DNA of 41,503 nt from Thermoplasmata archaeon (GCA_034667685.1 JAXDQU010000009.1:1-41503); one strand, 5' to 3'; positions 1 to 9,384 are shown, counted from the stretch's first letter. The notes: generated by a model not told the origin, from the sequence alone. A program made the numbers and translations.

Positions 1-1
1 C

Positions 2-643
2 CGCGAGGAGCGCCGCCCCGAGCGCCGCGAGGACCGTGGCGAGCGCCGCGACGACCGCCGCGGCCGCGACGAGCGCGCGCCCCGCGAGGACCGTGGCCCG
101 CGCGAGGAGCGCCAGGAGCGGGCCCCGCGCGAGGACCGTGAGGAGCGCCGCCCCGAGCAGCCCCGCCAGGAGCGCCGCGAGGAGCGCGCCCCGCGCGAGG
201 AGCGCCAGGAGCGCGCGCCCCGGGAGGACCGCCGCGAGGAGCGCCGCGCGCCCCGCGAGGAGCGCGCCCCCCGCGCCGAGCGCGAGCCCGTCGAGGAGCC
301 CGCCGCGATGGCCGAGGCCGCCGCCGAGCCCGCGCGCCCCAAGGGCGACCGCGAGGGCAAGTACCTCACGATCCTCGAGGAGCTCAGCGGGAAGCTGCAG
401 GCCGTCATGCTCAACGACGCCTTCGAGCGCGTCGGCGACAAGGTGGCCGTGCGCGACCTCGCGGACACGCTCAAGAAGGACCTGCCCGGCGTCACGCAGG
501 TGGTCTTCGACGGCGTCGTCACGCAGCGCCTCATCGACATCGCCCTGGACAAGAAGATCCAGACGCTCGTCGGCGTCAAGACGGGGAACATCACGAAGAA
601 GCCCGCGGGCGTCGAAGTCGTGACCCGCGCGGACCTGGCGTAG
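2..643 (+). CDS. dnaG: Archaeal DnaG-type primase/exosome-associated protein, 3' part (5' truncated by window)
   Basis: The frame is open from position 2. An R/E/D/P-rich linker precedes the C-terminal domain LSGKLQAVMLND...VAVRDLADTL...VVFDGVVTQRLIDIA, typical of archaeal DnaG. Confidence 0.85.
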   Translation, partial: REERRPERREDRGERRDDRRGRDERAPREDRGPREERQERAPREDREERRPEQPRQERREERAPREERQERAPREDRREERRAPREERAPRAEREPVEEPAAMAEAAAEPARPKGDREGKYLTILEELSGKLQAVMLNDAFERVGDKVAVRDLADTLKKDLPGVTQVVFDGVVTQRLIDIALDKKIQTLVGVKTGNITKKPAGVEVVTRADLA

Positions 644-1002
644 CCAGGTCGAGCGGTCACGACAGGCCGGGCCGCAGCCCGGCCGTGTCGTGACGCGGGC
701 CGATTTGGCGTAGATTTTTCGTCGTCTGTCCGGCCGGCGGCGGCCCCTCTCCGACCCCGGAGCGAGGGTCGCCGCCAACCCTTCTTGTGCTTCCGGTGCC
801 GACTTTATGAGGCCTCGGTCGCTCCGTCGGCTTGAGGTCGACGACCCCGGATTTCCGTCGTCGCTCCACCGGATCGGCGCGACTCTCGTTGTCTAGCACG
901 GAAAACAATCAGAACTCCGGACGGAAGCCGGATCGACTTCAAGGGGCCTGACATGGCGACGTCGATTTCCATTGCATCCGGCGGAACGACGGGACTTGCG
1001 CC

Positions 1003-1014
1003 AAGGTTTATCTA
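1003..1014 (+). promoter_or_regulatory. Candidate archaeal BRE/TATA box for the UPF0058 gene
   Basis: AAGGTTTATCTA about 38 nt upstream of ATG 1052 in a very GC-rich background. Confidence 0.55.
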
Positions 1015-1051
1015 TCCAGCGACATTCATAAGGCCCACCCGGTGGGATCCG

Positions 1052-1345
1052 ATGCAGAAGGACGAACTGATCCAGATGCACACCCTGCTCTGTCAGATCA
1101 AGAACCACCTGCAGAGCACGGGGGTGGCAGCAACGGACTCCTTCGTGGAGTACGAAGGTCTTGGCATCAGCCCGGTGCACGTGCATCGGTCGAAGGGCGA
1201 CCACAAGCGCGCCATCTTCCTGCTTGGCAAGGAGCTGGCGCACTTCGCCTCGCGCGGCGAGCTCTCCGGCCCCGCGCTGATCAGCAACCGCTTCGCAGCG
1301 CTCGCGGGGGGAAAGGCGGAGCGGCCCCTCGCCGCGCGCCTTTGA
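1052..1345 (+). CDS. UPF0058 family protein
   Basis: MQKDELIQMHTLLCQIK...EYEGLGISPVHVHRSKGDHKRAIFLLG matches the archaeal UPF0058 pattern. ATG 1052 chosen as start. Confidence 0.85.
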   Translation: MQKDELIQMHTLLCQIKNHLQSTGVAATDSFVEYEGLGISPVHVHRSKGDHKRAIFLLGKELAHFASRGELSGPALISNRFAALAGGKAERPLAARL

Positions 1346-1355
1346 CGCATCGCCT

Positions 1356-1799
1356 TCAGGCGATCAGCTTCGTCATCAGATAGGCGTCCTCGCCGTCCGC
1401 GTAGTAGCGCGGCAGGACCTTCCTCTTCTCGAATCCCAGCTTCTCGTACAGGCGGATCGCGTTCTCGTTGTGGATCCGCACCTCCAGGTTGACGCGCCGG
1501 ATCGCGCGATGGAGGAAGCGCTCCTCGAAGAGCTTGACGAGGCGCGCGCCGATCCCCTTGCCCCGCGCGCGCTCGTCGACCGCGAGGATCAGGATGCGCG
1601 CCTCGTACGCGCGCTCGACGACGCCCAGGAGAAAGCCCTCGATGCCCTGCTGCGACTCGCAGACGATGAAGCCCTCGGGGTAGAGGTCGCCAAGCTGGAG
1701 GAAGAGCCCGCCGTCGTAGCTCTCGTTGAGGCTCCGGTTCGCCAGGCGCACCACCTCGAAGAGGTCGTCGTGCTCGAAGTTGCGGAAGTGCAGCAGCAT
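1356..1799 (-). CDS. rimI: RimI/Ard1-like GNAT N-acetyltransferase
   Basis: LAVDERARGKGIG (acetyl-CoA motif A), LEVRIHNENAIRLYEKLGF and YYADGEDAYLM. Confidence 0.85.
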   Translation of the reverse strand: MLLHFRNFEHDDLFEVVRLANRSLNESYDGGLFLQLGDLYPEGFIVCESQQGIEGFLLGVVERAYEARILILAVDERARGKGIGARLVKLFEERFLHRAIRRVNLEVRIHNENAIRLYEKLGFEKRKVLPRYYADGEDAYLMTKLIA

Positions 1800-1827
1800 C
1801 GGCGAGGGTTCATCCCGGCTGCCCCCG

Positions 1828-2253
1828 ATGGTCGTTTCGGTCATGCTCCCCGCCTCCCTGATCACGCGTGCGGGGCAAGCGCGCAAGGTGGCGGAGATCG
1901 GCGCCGGCGCGCGCTTCGAGACCGCGCTCGCGCTCGCGGCCGCCGGCCCCGAGGTGTGGGTGACGGACGTGGATGCCCGCGTGCTCGCCGCCCCGCCGCC
2001 GCTGCGCGCGCTCGTGCACGACGTGACGCGCGACGCGCCCGGCGCGCTGGCGGGCGCCGACCTCGTCGTCGCCGTGCGGCCTCCCGAGGAGCTGCAGACG
2101 CCGATCGCCCGCTTCGCCCGCGCGCTGGGGGCGGACCTCGCGCTGCGCCCGCTCAAGGACGAGTGGGCTGATATCACGGGGCCCTTCCCGCGCCACGTCG
2201 TCTGGCCGGACGGCTGGCGCTTCTTCCCATCGAACGCCGGGCGAGAGCGCTGA
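1828..2253 (+). CDS. UPF0146 family protein
   Basis: KVAEIGAG, VTDV, HDVT, ADLVVAVRPPEELQ and LRPL pattern. Start is 1828 or 1843. Confidence 0.75.
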   Translation: MVVSVMLPASLITRAGQARKVAEIGAGARFETALALAAAGPEVWVTDVDARVLAAPPPLRALVHDVTRDAPGALAGADLVVAVRPPEELQTPIARFARALGADLALRPLKDEWADITGPFPRHVVWPDGWRFFPSNAGRER

Positions 2254-2364
2254 TCCCACCCGCGGCCGGTGCCTGGCGCATGCGCGTGATGCGGACGTTG
2301 GCGATGGCCGCCGTGGGGTATGGAGCGTACCGCGCCTACCGGGCGTGGCGCGAGAGCAGGAAGC

Positions 2365-3543
2365 CTACCGTCTGAGGTCGTGCTCCGTCGCGCCCAGCGC
2401 GTAGAGGATGCCCTTCAGGTTCTCCTTGCTGAGGCTCCCCGACGCGGCGCGCTTGAGGATCTCCTTGGCATTGAACGCGATGCCGAGGCCCGCGTTCTTG
2501 ATCATGATCTGGTCGTTGGCGCCGTCGCCCACGGCCACGACCTCGTCGCGCTTCAGGCCCTCGCGCTCCGCCAGCTCGCGCAGGATCTCGCCCTTGCGGT
2601 GCATGTCGATGATCTCGCCCTCGACCTCGCCGGTGAGCACGCCCTCGCGGATGACGAGCCGGTTCGCGTACGTGTAGTCGAAGCCGAGCTCGGTCTTCAG
2701 GCGGTCCGTGAAGAAGGTGAAGCCGCCTGATATCAGCGCGAGCCGGAAGCCCATCTCCTTGAGCGTGCGCACCAGATCGTCGGCGCCCGGCGTGAGGCGC
2801 AGCCCGGCCGCCACCGCCTCCAGGTCCTGCACGGTGAGTCCCTTGAGCATCCGCACGCGCTCGCGGAGCGCCTGCTGGAAGTCCATCTCGCCCTTCATCG
2901 CGCGCTCGGTGATGCGGGCGACCTGCGGCTCGACGCCCGCGGCGCGCGCCAGCTCGTTGATGACCTCGCCGTCGACGATGGTGCTGTCCATGTCGAAGAC
3001 CACGAGGCGCTTGGTGGTGCGGAACATGCTGTGCGGCTGGATCACGGCGTCCACGCCCACGCGCTCGCAGGTCCTCCGGATGGCGTGGCGCATCTGCTCG
3101 AAGTCGGCGCCGCGCACGTCGATCCAGATCTCGAATGCCATGAGGTCGCCCTGCGCGACGTGGTGCATGCGCTCGATGTTGGCCTTCGCGTCCGCGATGG
3201 TGCGGGTGATCGCGGCCATGACGCCGGGCTTGTCGCTGCCCACGATGGTGACGACGCGCACGTCCTTGCTGCGCATCGCGACGTCGCGCTCCACGACCTC
3301 CGCGTTCACGTCGAGCCCGAACGCGCGCCCGCGCAGCCCCAGCTCGTAGGCGAAGCGGTACATGTCGAGGCCGGGGGGAAGGTCCGCGGGCTCCACGAGC
3401 ATGACCATGCTGAAGAGGCCGAAGATGCTCGACTGCTCGACGTGGACGATGTTGCCGCCCAGGTCCGTGACCGCGCCGCTCACGTCGGCGACGAGGCCCG
3501 GCCGGTCGCGGCCCAGCGCCGAGAGCGCGATGATGCGGTCCAC
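2365..3543 (-). CDS. serB: Phosphoserine phosphatase with two N-terminal ACT domains
   Basis: ACT motifs GRDRPGLV and GSDKPGVM. HAD motifs FDMDST, ISGGF and VGDGAND. Confidence 0.93.
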   Translation of the reverse strand: MDRIIALSALGRDRPGLVADVSGAVTDLGGNIVHVEQSSIFGLFSMVMLVEPADLPPGLDMYRFAYELGLRGRAFGLDVNAEVVERDVAMRSKDVRVVTIVGSDKPGVMAAITRTIADAKANIERMHHVAQGDLMAFEIWIDVRGADFEQMRHAIRRTCERVGVDAVIQPHSMFRTTKRLVVFDMDSTIVDGEVINELARAAGVEPQVARITERAMKGEMDFQQALRERVRMLKGLTVQDLEAVAAGLRLTPGADDLVRTLKEMGFRLALISGGFTFFTDRLKTELGFDYTYANRLVIREGVLTGEVEGEIIDMHRKGEILRELAEREGLKRDEVVAVGDGANDQIMIKNAGLGIAFNAKEILKRAASGSLSKENLKGILYALGATEHDLRR

Positions 3544-3581
3544 GGCCTGCGAGCGTCGCGCCGCGCGGATGGGCCTTTCGG

Positions 3582-4529
3582 TCAGCCGGCGCAGGGCGCG
3601 ATCCGGGCGGGGACGACGCCTTCGTCCCGCGCGACGAGCGCGTGCTCGCCTTCGGGCGTCGCGACGCGCACCGTCGTCTCCTCGCCGGGCGCCAGCGCCG
3701 TGCCGTTCACGTAGAGCCCGCCGCGGCCATCAGGGATCGCGTAGAGCAGCGTGAGCGCGCGGTCGAAGGGCGAGGCGAGCGCGCCGCCCATCGGGCCCCA
3801 GGGCTCGTACGTCGCGGTGCCGTTGGCGAAGACGCGCAGCAGCGCGTAGTCGTCGAGGTGGCCGTCGGGAACGCGCAGCTCGCCCGCAACGAACGCCGCC
3901 GCGCAGCCAAGTGGCGCGCTCGCCCCGGTCGCGGTGCCGTTGCGCCAGTCCCACTCGCGCACGAGCAGAAGGTGCGTCGCGTTGCGCGCCGGCCCCGAGA
4001 GCACAAGCTGCGCGTGCGCGGTCTGGTCGCCGAAGGTCCACGAGAGCTGGTGGATGCCCGGTGCCAGCCGCTCGTACGTGGCGTCGGCGTAGGTGCCCAC
4101 GTTGGGCGTGTCGTCGCGCCACGTCTGCGTCTCGCGCATGACGCTGCCGTTCCACGAGATCGCGTCGGTCGTCGTGGCGCCCGGCTCCAGCGTCAGGCGC
4201 GGTGGGCCCGGCGGGATCGTCACGGCGGGGCAGTGGTAGACGGAGCCCAACAGCAGTCCCGCCGTCTGGTCCGCGTCGAGAAGATAGCGGCCCGTCGGGT
4301 CGTCGGTGATGACGCTGACCTCGCGCCCCAGGTGGCAGGGTCCGCTCGTCTCGACGCGCAGCGGCGTCGCGCCGCAGTTGCGCAGCGTGAGCGTGATCGT
4401 CACGTTCTCGCCCGGCGCGAGCGTCGCGCGGTCGAGGCCGATGCTGGGGCCCACGCAGGCGTCGGAGCGCGCGGGCGCCACGCAGCCGGCCGTGAGAAGG
4501 AGAAGGGGCAGGATCGCGCAGGCTCGCAC
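3582..4529 (-). CDS. Lipoprotein with Ig-like (BsuPI-like) domain
   Basis: Lipobox LLTAGC. ITLTLRNCG...LTLEPG...ISWNG...LAPGIHQL pattern. Confidence 0.6.
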   Translation of the reverse strand: MRACAILPLLLLTAGCVAPARSDACVGPSIGLDRATLAPGENVTITLTLRNCGATPLRVETSGPCHLGREVSVITDDPTGRYLLDADQTAGLLLGSVYHCPAVTIPPGPPRLTLEPGATTTDAISWNGSVMRETQTWRDDTPNVGTYADATYERLAPGIHQLSWTFGDQTAHAQLVLSGPARNATHLLLVREWDWRNGTATGASAPLGCAAAFVAGELRVPDGHLDDYALLRVFANGTATYEPWGPMGGALASPFDRALTLLYAIPDGRGGLYVNGTALAPGEETTVRVATPEGEHALVARDEGVVPARIAPCAG

Positions 4530-4614
4530 GGGGGCGCGTTCGCGTCCAGGTGCTTGAGCGTGACCGGTCGCGCGCGCATCCCGTCATCATGCCCCGTGGG
4601 CGCCAAGGCTCCGC

Positions 4615-5502
4615 ATGCTCGCCGCGCCCCACGCCCGCTCCGCGCTCCTTCCGTTCAGCGACGCCCTGGCCGACCTCGTGGCGGCCGCCGCGCCCGCGGT
4701 CGTCCAGCTCCGCCGCGGCCAGGCGGGCGGCAGCGGCTTCCTTGTCGACCGCGAGGGACGGCTGCTCACGAACCACCACGTCGCGGAGGGCGCCGAGAAG
4801 CTGGAGGTCGTGCTGCCCAGCGGCGAGACGCGCGAGGCGCGCGTGCTCGGGCGCGACCCGCACACGGACCTCGCGCTCCTGCAAGCCATGCCATGGGACG
4901 CGGAGCCGCTCACGCTGGCGCCCGCCGGCGACCTGCGCGTGGGCGAGCTGGTCCTCGCGATGGGCTCGCCGTTCGGGCTCGCGGGCTCGGTGAGCCTCGG
5001 CATCGTCTCGGGCCTGGGACGCAGCCTGCGCACGGGCAGCGGCCGCCTCGTGGAGAACGTGATCCAGACCGACGCGCCGCTGAATCCGGGCAACTCGGGC
5101 GGGCCGCTCGTCGACGCGCGCGGCCGCGCCGTGGGCGTCAACACCGCGCTCTTCCTCCCCGCGCAGGGCATCGGCCTCGCGATCCCCAGCGGCACGGCGC
5201 GCTTCGTGATCGACGAGATCCTCGCGCACGGCCGCGTCCGCCGCGCGTGGCTGGGCGTCGTGGGGCAGACGCTTCCGAGGGGTGGAATCCTCGTGCACCG
5301 CGTCGAGCCGCGCTCGCCCGCCGAAGAAGCGGGCCTGCGCGAGGGCGACGTCCTCGTAGGATTCGACGAGCGCGACCTCGACTCGCTCGACACGCTGCTG
5401 CGCGGCCTCACGCGCGACGCGATCGGCGGCGTGGCGCGCCTCGAAGCGATGCGCGGCGGCCGGCGCGTGAAGCTGACCGCGCGATTGGCCGAGGCGCCCT
5501 AG
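4615..5502 (+). CDS. HtrA/DegP-family trypsin-like serine protease with PDZ domain
   Basis: GSGF, TNHHV (His), DLALL (Asp), QTDAPLNPGNSGGPL (Ser) and a C-terminal PDZ domain. No obvious signal peptide. Confidence 0.92.
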   Translation: MLAAPHARSALLPFSDALADLVAAAAPAVVQLRRGQAGGSGFLVDREGRLLTNHHVAEGAEKLEVVLPSGETREARVLGRDPHTDLALLQAMPWDAEPLTLAPAGDLRVGELVLAMGSPFGLAGSVSLGIVSGLGRSLRTGSGRLVENVIQTDAPLNPGNSGGPLVDARGRAVGVNTALFLPAQGIGLAIPSGTARFVIDEILAHGRVRRAWLGVVGQTLPRGGILVHRVEPRSPAEEAGLREGDVLVGFDERDLDSLDTLLRGLTRDAIGGVARLEAMRGGRRVKLTARLAEAP

Positions 5503-5951
5503 CTCGCCGTCACGACGACACGCGCGCTCACGTCGCCATCGCCCGAGAAGTCGAGCTTGAGGTCGCCCGCCTTCGCGTCGCCGGTCTTCGTGCACGTCAC
5601 GCGCCCCTGCACGGGACCCTGGGGAAGCTGGCAGTCGAGCGCGCCGAGCTTCACGTCGATGCCGTCCGTGACGCCCACCGGCGGGCGCACGGGCGTGCCG
5701 GCCGACGCCGAGAACGTCACCGTCAGGTTCAGCTTCGTGTAGCCCTCGGGCACGCTGACCGTCTCCTCGGCCGGCGGCGGCGAGGGGCTGGGCGCGAACG
5801 CGTGCGTCTTGTTGTAGAGGATCTTGGGCAGCATCGCCGTCACGTTGGACGACGAGTTGTTCGTGGCGTTCATCGGCGCCGCGGCGTTGTTGTTGCCCAG
5901 GCAACCCGCCAGCGGAAGCAGAAGAAGGAGGCAGAGGATGACGACGCGCAT
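5499..5951 (-). CDS. Hypothetical lipoprotein
   Basis: MRVVILCLLLLLPLAGC lipobox and N-x-S/T sequons. TATA-like ACTTAAGT about 26 nt upstream suggests a leaderless transcript. Confidence 0.7.
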   Translation of the reverse strand: MRVVILCLLLLLPLAGCLGNNNAAAPMNATNNSSSNVTAMLPKILYNKTHAFAPSPSPPPAEETVSVPEGYTKLNLTVTFSASAGTPVRPPVGVTDGIDVKLGALDCQLPQGPVQGRVTCTKTGDAKAGDLKLDFSGDGDVSARVVVTAS

Positions 5952-6096
5952 CGGGCCGCGCAGTCCCCCGCCGGGACTTAAGTATGGGGGGCGCCCATCG
6001 CGCGCTCGACGCGATGACGAGGCCGAAACCGGAGAGGAGGGAGATTTGCGTCTTCCCGGTGAATCAGACTGTGCGCGCCGAGCGTCCTTTGATCTT

Positions 6097-6324
6097 ATGC
6101 GCGCGACCGTAGAGCTGGACAGGCAGGAGGCCAACGCGCTGCTCGCCCTCGTGCGCGCCCGCGCCGCCGAGGTGGAGCGCATGGTCCAGAACCTGGAGGA
6201 AGGCGAAGGCATGGACCTCCAGCGCCACAACGCGCTCAAGACCATGCGCCCCCAGCTCGAGATGCTGGAGATCCTCGTGCTCAAGCTCGAAGGGGCAAGC
6301 AGAGAGCTGGACGCCCGCCGTTGA
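6097..6324 (+). CDS. Small helical hypothetical protein (75 aa)
   Basis: Coding-like GC3 bias and amphipathic coiled-coil-like sequence MRATVELDRQEANALL... Confidence 0.6.
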   Translation: MRATVELDRQEANALLALVRARAAEVERMVQNLEEGEGMDLQRHNALKTMRPQLEMLEILVLKLEGASRELDARR

Positions 6325-6395
6325 CGCCGCTTCCGCGGAATGCGCCCTGCGCCGCCTGACCAAAGGACATGGCGACCGGGCCTGTCGGCCCGTCC

Positions 6396-7865
6396 ATGCA
6401 GCGAACTGCATCGATCCGCGGCGCCTGCGCCCTCGTGACGCTGGCCGCCCTCATCGCGACCCCGAGCGCCGCCGCCTTCGCCATCGGCGTCGACGCGCAG
6501 AGCGCCGGGGAGCTGAACGCCGCCGGCGGACACGCCACGTACGGCCAGACCTGGGTCGGCACGTGGATGAAGACGCAAGGCTGGTCAAGCTATCAATCCG
6601 CGATGGCCGGCATGGCCACCTCTGGCGTGACCCCCGTCGTCCTCTGGTACTACTGGGGAGACGCCATCAGCCAGAGCTGCGTGCTCTACGGCTGCAACGG
6701 CATGACGAAGACCGAATGGGACTCCATGGCCGCCACGCTCGCCCAGAAGGCCAACGCCGCCATGGGCGGCAAGCCCTTCTACGTCGTCCTCGAGCCCGAG
6801 TTCAACAAGGCGGGCATCGCGGGCTGGGAGACGTTCGACGGCGACCTCGTCAACCAGGCGAGCATCATCCGCGCCAACGCCCCCGGCGCCAAAATCGTCC
6901 TGGGCTTCGGCTCCTGGGGCGGCTACGACGCCTTCGACCGCGCCGCCTCAGCGAGCGATGCCGTGGGCTTCCAGTTCATGCGCGCCAGCACCCGCAACGC
7001 GCCCAGCGAAGCCCAGGCGCCCACCAACACGTTCGTCCAGACGGCCAACGACCTCCACGCGCGCTTCGGCAAGCCGGTCCTCGTCTTCGACGTCGCCATC
7101 GGCAGCTACGGCGGCTGGGAATGGGTCCAGCAAGCCGCGCTCAACGACCTCAAGGCCCACCAAGCCGACCTCGCCAACGCCAACGTCTTCGGCATCGTCT
7201 GGCGCTACGTCCACGACAACACATACTCCAGCGGCTACTTCGGCGCAGCCGAATCCAGCTGGGGCCTGAAGTCCACGAGTGGCGCCGCCAAGCCCGGTTG
7301 GACCAGCCTCGTTGGGCTCTCGCAAGGCGCCACGACGACGCCGCCCGCCACCGCGACGCCCACGACCGGCTTCACCAACGTCCACGGCAACAACTGGTGG
7401 ATCGAAGCCGCCCTCAACGGCGCGCCCACCGGCGTCTACGCCCGCGTCAACGGCGGCTCCTGGATCGCCATGCCGCGCGACACCTGGGGCACGTACGCCG
7501 TCTCCACGAGCGCGCCCACCGGCAGCACCGTCGAGCTGCGCGCGGACTACGCCGGCGCACCCAGCCTCGCCGCCGCCTACGCCTGGCCCGCCGCCACCCC
7601 CATCTCCGGCGCATCCGCGTTCGGCGCCACGTTCAGCAACGTCCACGGCAACGCCTGGTGGATCCAAGCCGACGTCGCCAGCACGCAGACCCTCGCCACC
7701 GTCGCCGCCCGCATCGACGGCGGCGCCTGGACCCCGCTCGCCAAGCAAAGCTGGGGCTCCTGGGCCGCGAGCCTCCACGCACCCGCCGGCAGCACCGTCC
7801 AGCTCCAGGCCACCAGCACCAGCGGCGCGACGGCGACGTCGGGCAGCTACATCTGGAGCGGCTGA
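6396..7865 (+). CDS. Secreted glycoside-hydrolase-like (clan GH-A/TIM-barrel-like) protein with two C-terminal Trp-rich repeats
   Basis: Signal peptide, VVLEPEFN motif, Thr/Pro linker and duplicated F(T/S)NVHGN(N/A)WWI...GGxW...WG...APxGSTVxLxA modules. Alternative start at 6369. Confidence 0.65.
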   Translation: MQRTASIRGACALVTLAALIATPSAAAFAIGVDAQSAGELNAAGGHATYGQTWVGTWMKTQGWSSYQSAMAGMATSGVTPVVLWYYWGDAISQSCVLYGCNGMTKTEWDSMAATLAQKANAAMGGKPFYVVLEPEFNKAGIAGWETFDGDLVNQASIIRANAPGAKIVLGFGSWGGYDAFDRAASASDAVGFQFMRASTRNAPSEAQAPTNTFVQTANDLHARFGKPVLVFDVAIGSYGGWEWVQQAALNDLKAHQADLANANVFGIVWRYVHDNTYSSGYFGAAESSWGLKSTSGAAKPGWTSLVGLSQGATTTPPATATPTTGFTNVHGNNWWIEAALNGAPTGVYARVNGGSWIAMPRDTWGTYAVSTSAPTGSTVELRADYAGAPSLAAAYAWPAATPISGASAFGATFSNVHGNAWWIQADVASTQTLATVAARIDGGAWTPLAKQSWGSWAASLHAPAGSTVQLQATSTSGATATSGSYIWSG

Positions 7866-7875
7866 ACGCGCACCC

Positions 7876-7910
7876 GGCGCCGGGCCGCCTCACCCGGCGC
7901 CTCCTTTTTT
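7876..7910 (+). terminator. Hairpin plus T-tract terminator
   Basis: GGCGCCGGG/CCCGGCGCC stem followed by TCCTTTTTT just after stop 7865. Confidence 0.7.
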
Positions 7911-8198
7911 CACCCGGGGCCTCGTTTCCCGAGGTCGCCGCACCTTGCCCAACATGGCTTCATGTTGCGTCACGCGGCGCCGCGTGGTGCCACGAGGCGC
8001 CGGGTCGACGTTGGGCAAGGCGCGCACCCGAAAGGTCGTCTTCGGCACCCTTCGAACCGAACCTCGACGATCATGCGCGGCTCTTTCCGGTTGGATGACG
8101 GCATTTCGAATGCGGCAACGGAGCCGCGCCGATGGTCAAATGCCTCATCCAATCTCTTTATGGTCCTCCAGGGCCGCGTCCCGTCACGAGGCTTGGCT

Positions 8199-9086
8199 AT
8201 GATGCGGCTGTTCGCGTTCCTCCTGGCGGCTTCGTTCCTGGCGCCGGTCGCCCTCGCGGCGGCGCCTGCGGACGCGGCGCCGCAGGTCCCCGTGCCGCTT
8301 GCCCGCGCGATGCACCAGGCTGGCGATGCCGCGGCCGGCGCCGCGAGCGTCAGCGCTTCGGGCGCCGCGGCCGCGGGCCATGCGCTCTCGACCGTCGCGT
8401 CGGCCGCGGGGCGGGCGCTCGTCGCCGCCGGGCAGGCTGTCGGTGGCGCGCTCGCCTTCGTGGGCTCCGCGCTGGCGGGCTTCGCGCGCAAGGGCGCGCA
8501 GTACGCCATCTCGCACCCTGAGGAGACAGCGGATGCCGCGGGCGCGGCCGCTGGTTTCGGCATGCTCTTCTGGGTCGCCAAGCGCCTGGGCGCGTTCGGC
8601 GCCCTCGCGCCGCTGTATATGCGCCTCGCGCCCAGCGAGATGCTCGACAACGAGGCGCGCAACCGCGTCTACGAGCACGTCAAGGCGCACCCGGGCGCGC
8701 ACCCCAGCGCCATCGCCGAGACGCTCGACCTCGGCTGGGGCACGGTCGTCTATCACCTTTCGAAGCTAGAGTCCACGCGCCTCGTGACGAGCCGCACCGC
8801 GCACAACCGCAAGTGCTTCTTCGCGATGACCGGAGAGCTCGACGCGCAGGCTCGCACGGCGGTCGCGGCGATGAGCACCGACAAGGCGCGCGCGATCGTC
8901 GACGCGGTGCGCGCCGCGCCGGGCATCAGCCAGAAGGATCTCTCGGAGCGGCTCGGCATCAGCCAGGCGCTCGCGTCCTGGCACGTCAAGCGTCTCGTGG
9001 AGAGCGGCGTGCTCAACGTCGCCAAGAGCGGCCGCAGCCACACGCTGCACGTCGCGGGCCACGTGCCCGTGCTCGTCACGGCGTAA
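8199..9086 (+). CDS. Membrane-associated transcriptional regulator with tandem winged-HTH domains (COG3398-like)
   Basis: Signal-like N-terminus, Ala-rich and hydrophobic segments, then LDNEARNRVYEHVKAHPG...GTVVYHLSKLE and PGISQKDLSERLGISQALASWHVKRL. TTTATG box at 8157-8162. Confidence 0.8.
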   Translation: MMRLFAFLLAASFLAPVALAAAPADAAPQVPVPLARAMHQAGDAAAGAASVSASGAAAAGHALSTVASAAGRALVAAGQAVGGALAFVGSALAGFARKGAQYAISHPEETADAAGAAAGFGMLFWVAKRLGAFGALAPLYMRLAPSEMLDNEARNRVYEHVKAHPGAHPSAIAETLDLGWGTVVYHLSKLESTRLVTSRTAHNRKCFFAMTGELDAQARTAVAAMSTDKARAIVDAVRAAPGISQKDLSERLGISQALASWHVKRLVESGVLNVAKSGRSHTLHVAGHVPVLVTA

Positions 9087-9384
9087 CCCATCGCAGCAGC
9101 GCCAGCGTCGCGGCGCCCACCAGGAGCGGCACGTAGAACGTCCTTCGCCACAGCAGCGTGGCGCCCGCGGGCACGGCGGCGATGGCGTATTGATATCGCA
9201 CGTCCGGCGGGGCGCCCAGGTGCAGCACGCCCACGAGCGTCCCGGCGACGACGACGGGGAGCCAGGGCAGCGCGCGGGCCAGCGGTCCGGGAGGGGCGCG
9301 GCCGCGCAGCCACGTCTCGGGGGCGAGGCGCAGCGCGACGGAGATGCCGCCCGCGGCGAGGACGAGGAGCCACTCACCCTGCAC
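9076..9384 (-). CDS. azlD: AzlD-domain membrane protein
   Basis: Small hydrophobic ORF overlapping the end of azlC. LRLAP...ALPWLPVVV...LLVGAATLALLRW. Confidence 0.7.
   Translation of the reverse strand: MQGEWLLVLAAGGISVALRLAPETWLRGRAPPGPLARALPWLPVVVAGTLVGVLHLGAPPDVRYQYAIAAVPAGATLLWRRTFYVPLLVGAATLALLRWVTP

Noticed and set aside
644-1000. Long intergenic region with hairpins (e.g. 736-777) and AT-richer patches, considered as SRP RNA, RNase P RNA, tRNA or replication origin
   Set aside because: No SRP helix-8, RNase P or cloverleaf motifs and no ORB-like repeats were recognised. ORF 657-908 lacks coding bias.
7950-8002. Short 5-nt-periodic, partly palindromic stretch (CACGCGGCGCCGCGTG) upstream of the wHTH gene
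   Set aside because: Too short and GC-rich to distinguish from chance. It may be an operator, but this is unsupported.
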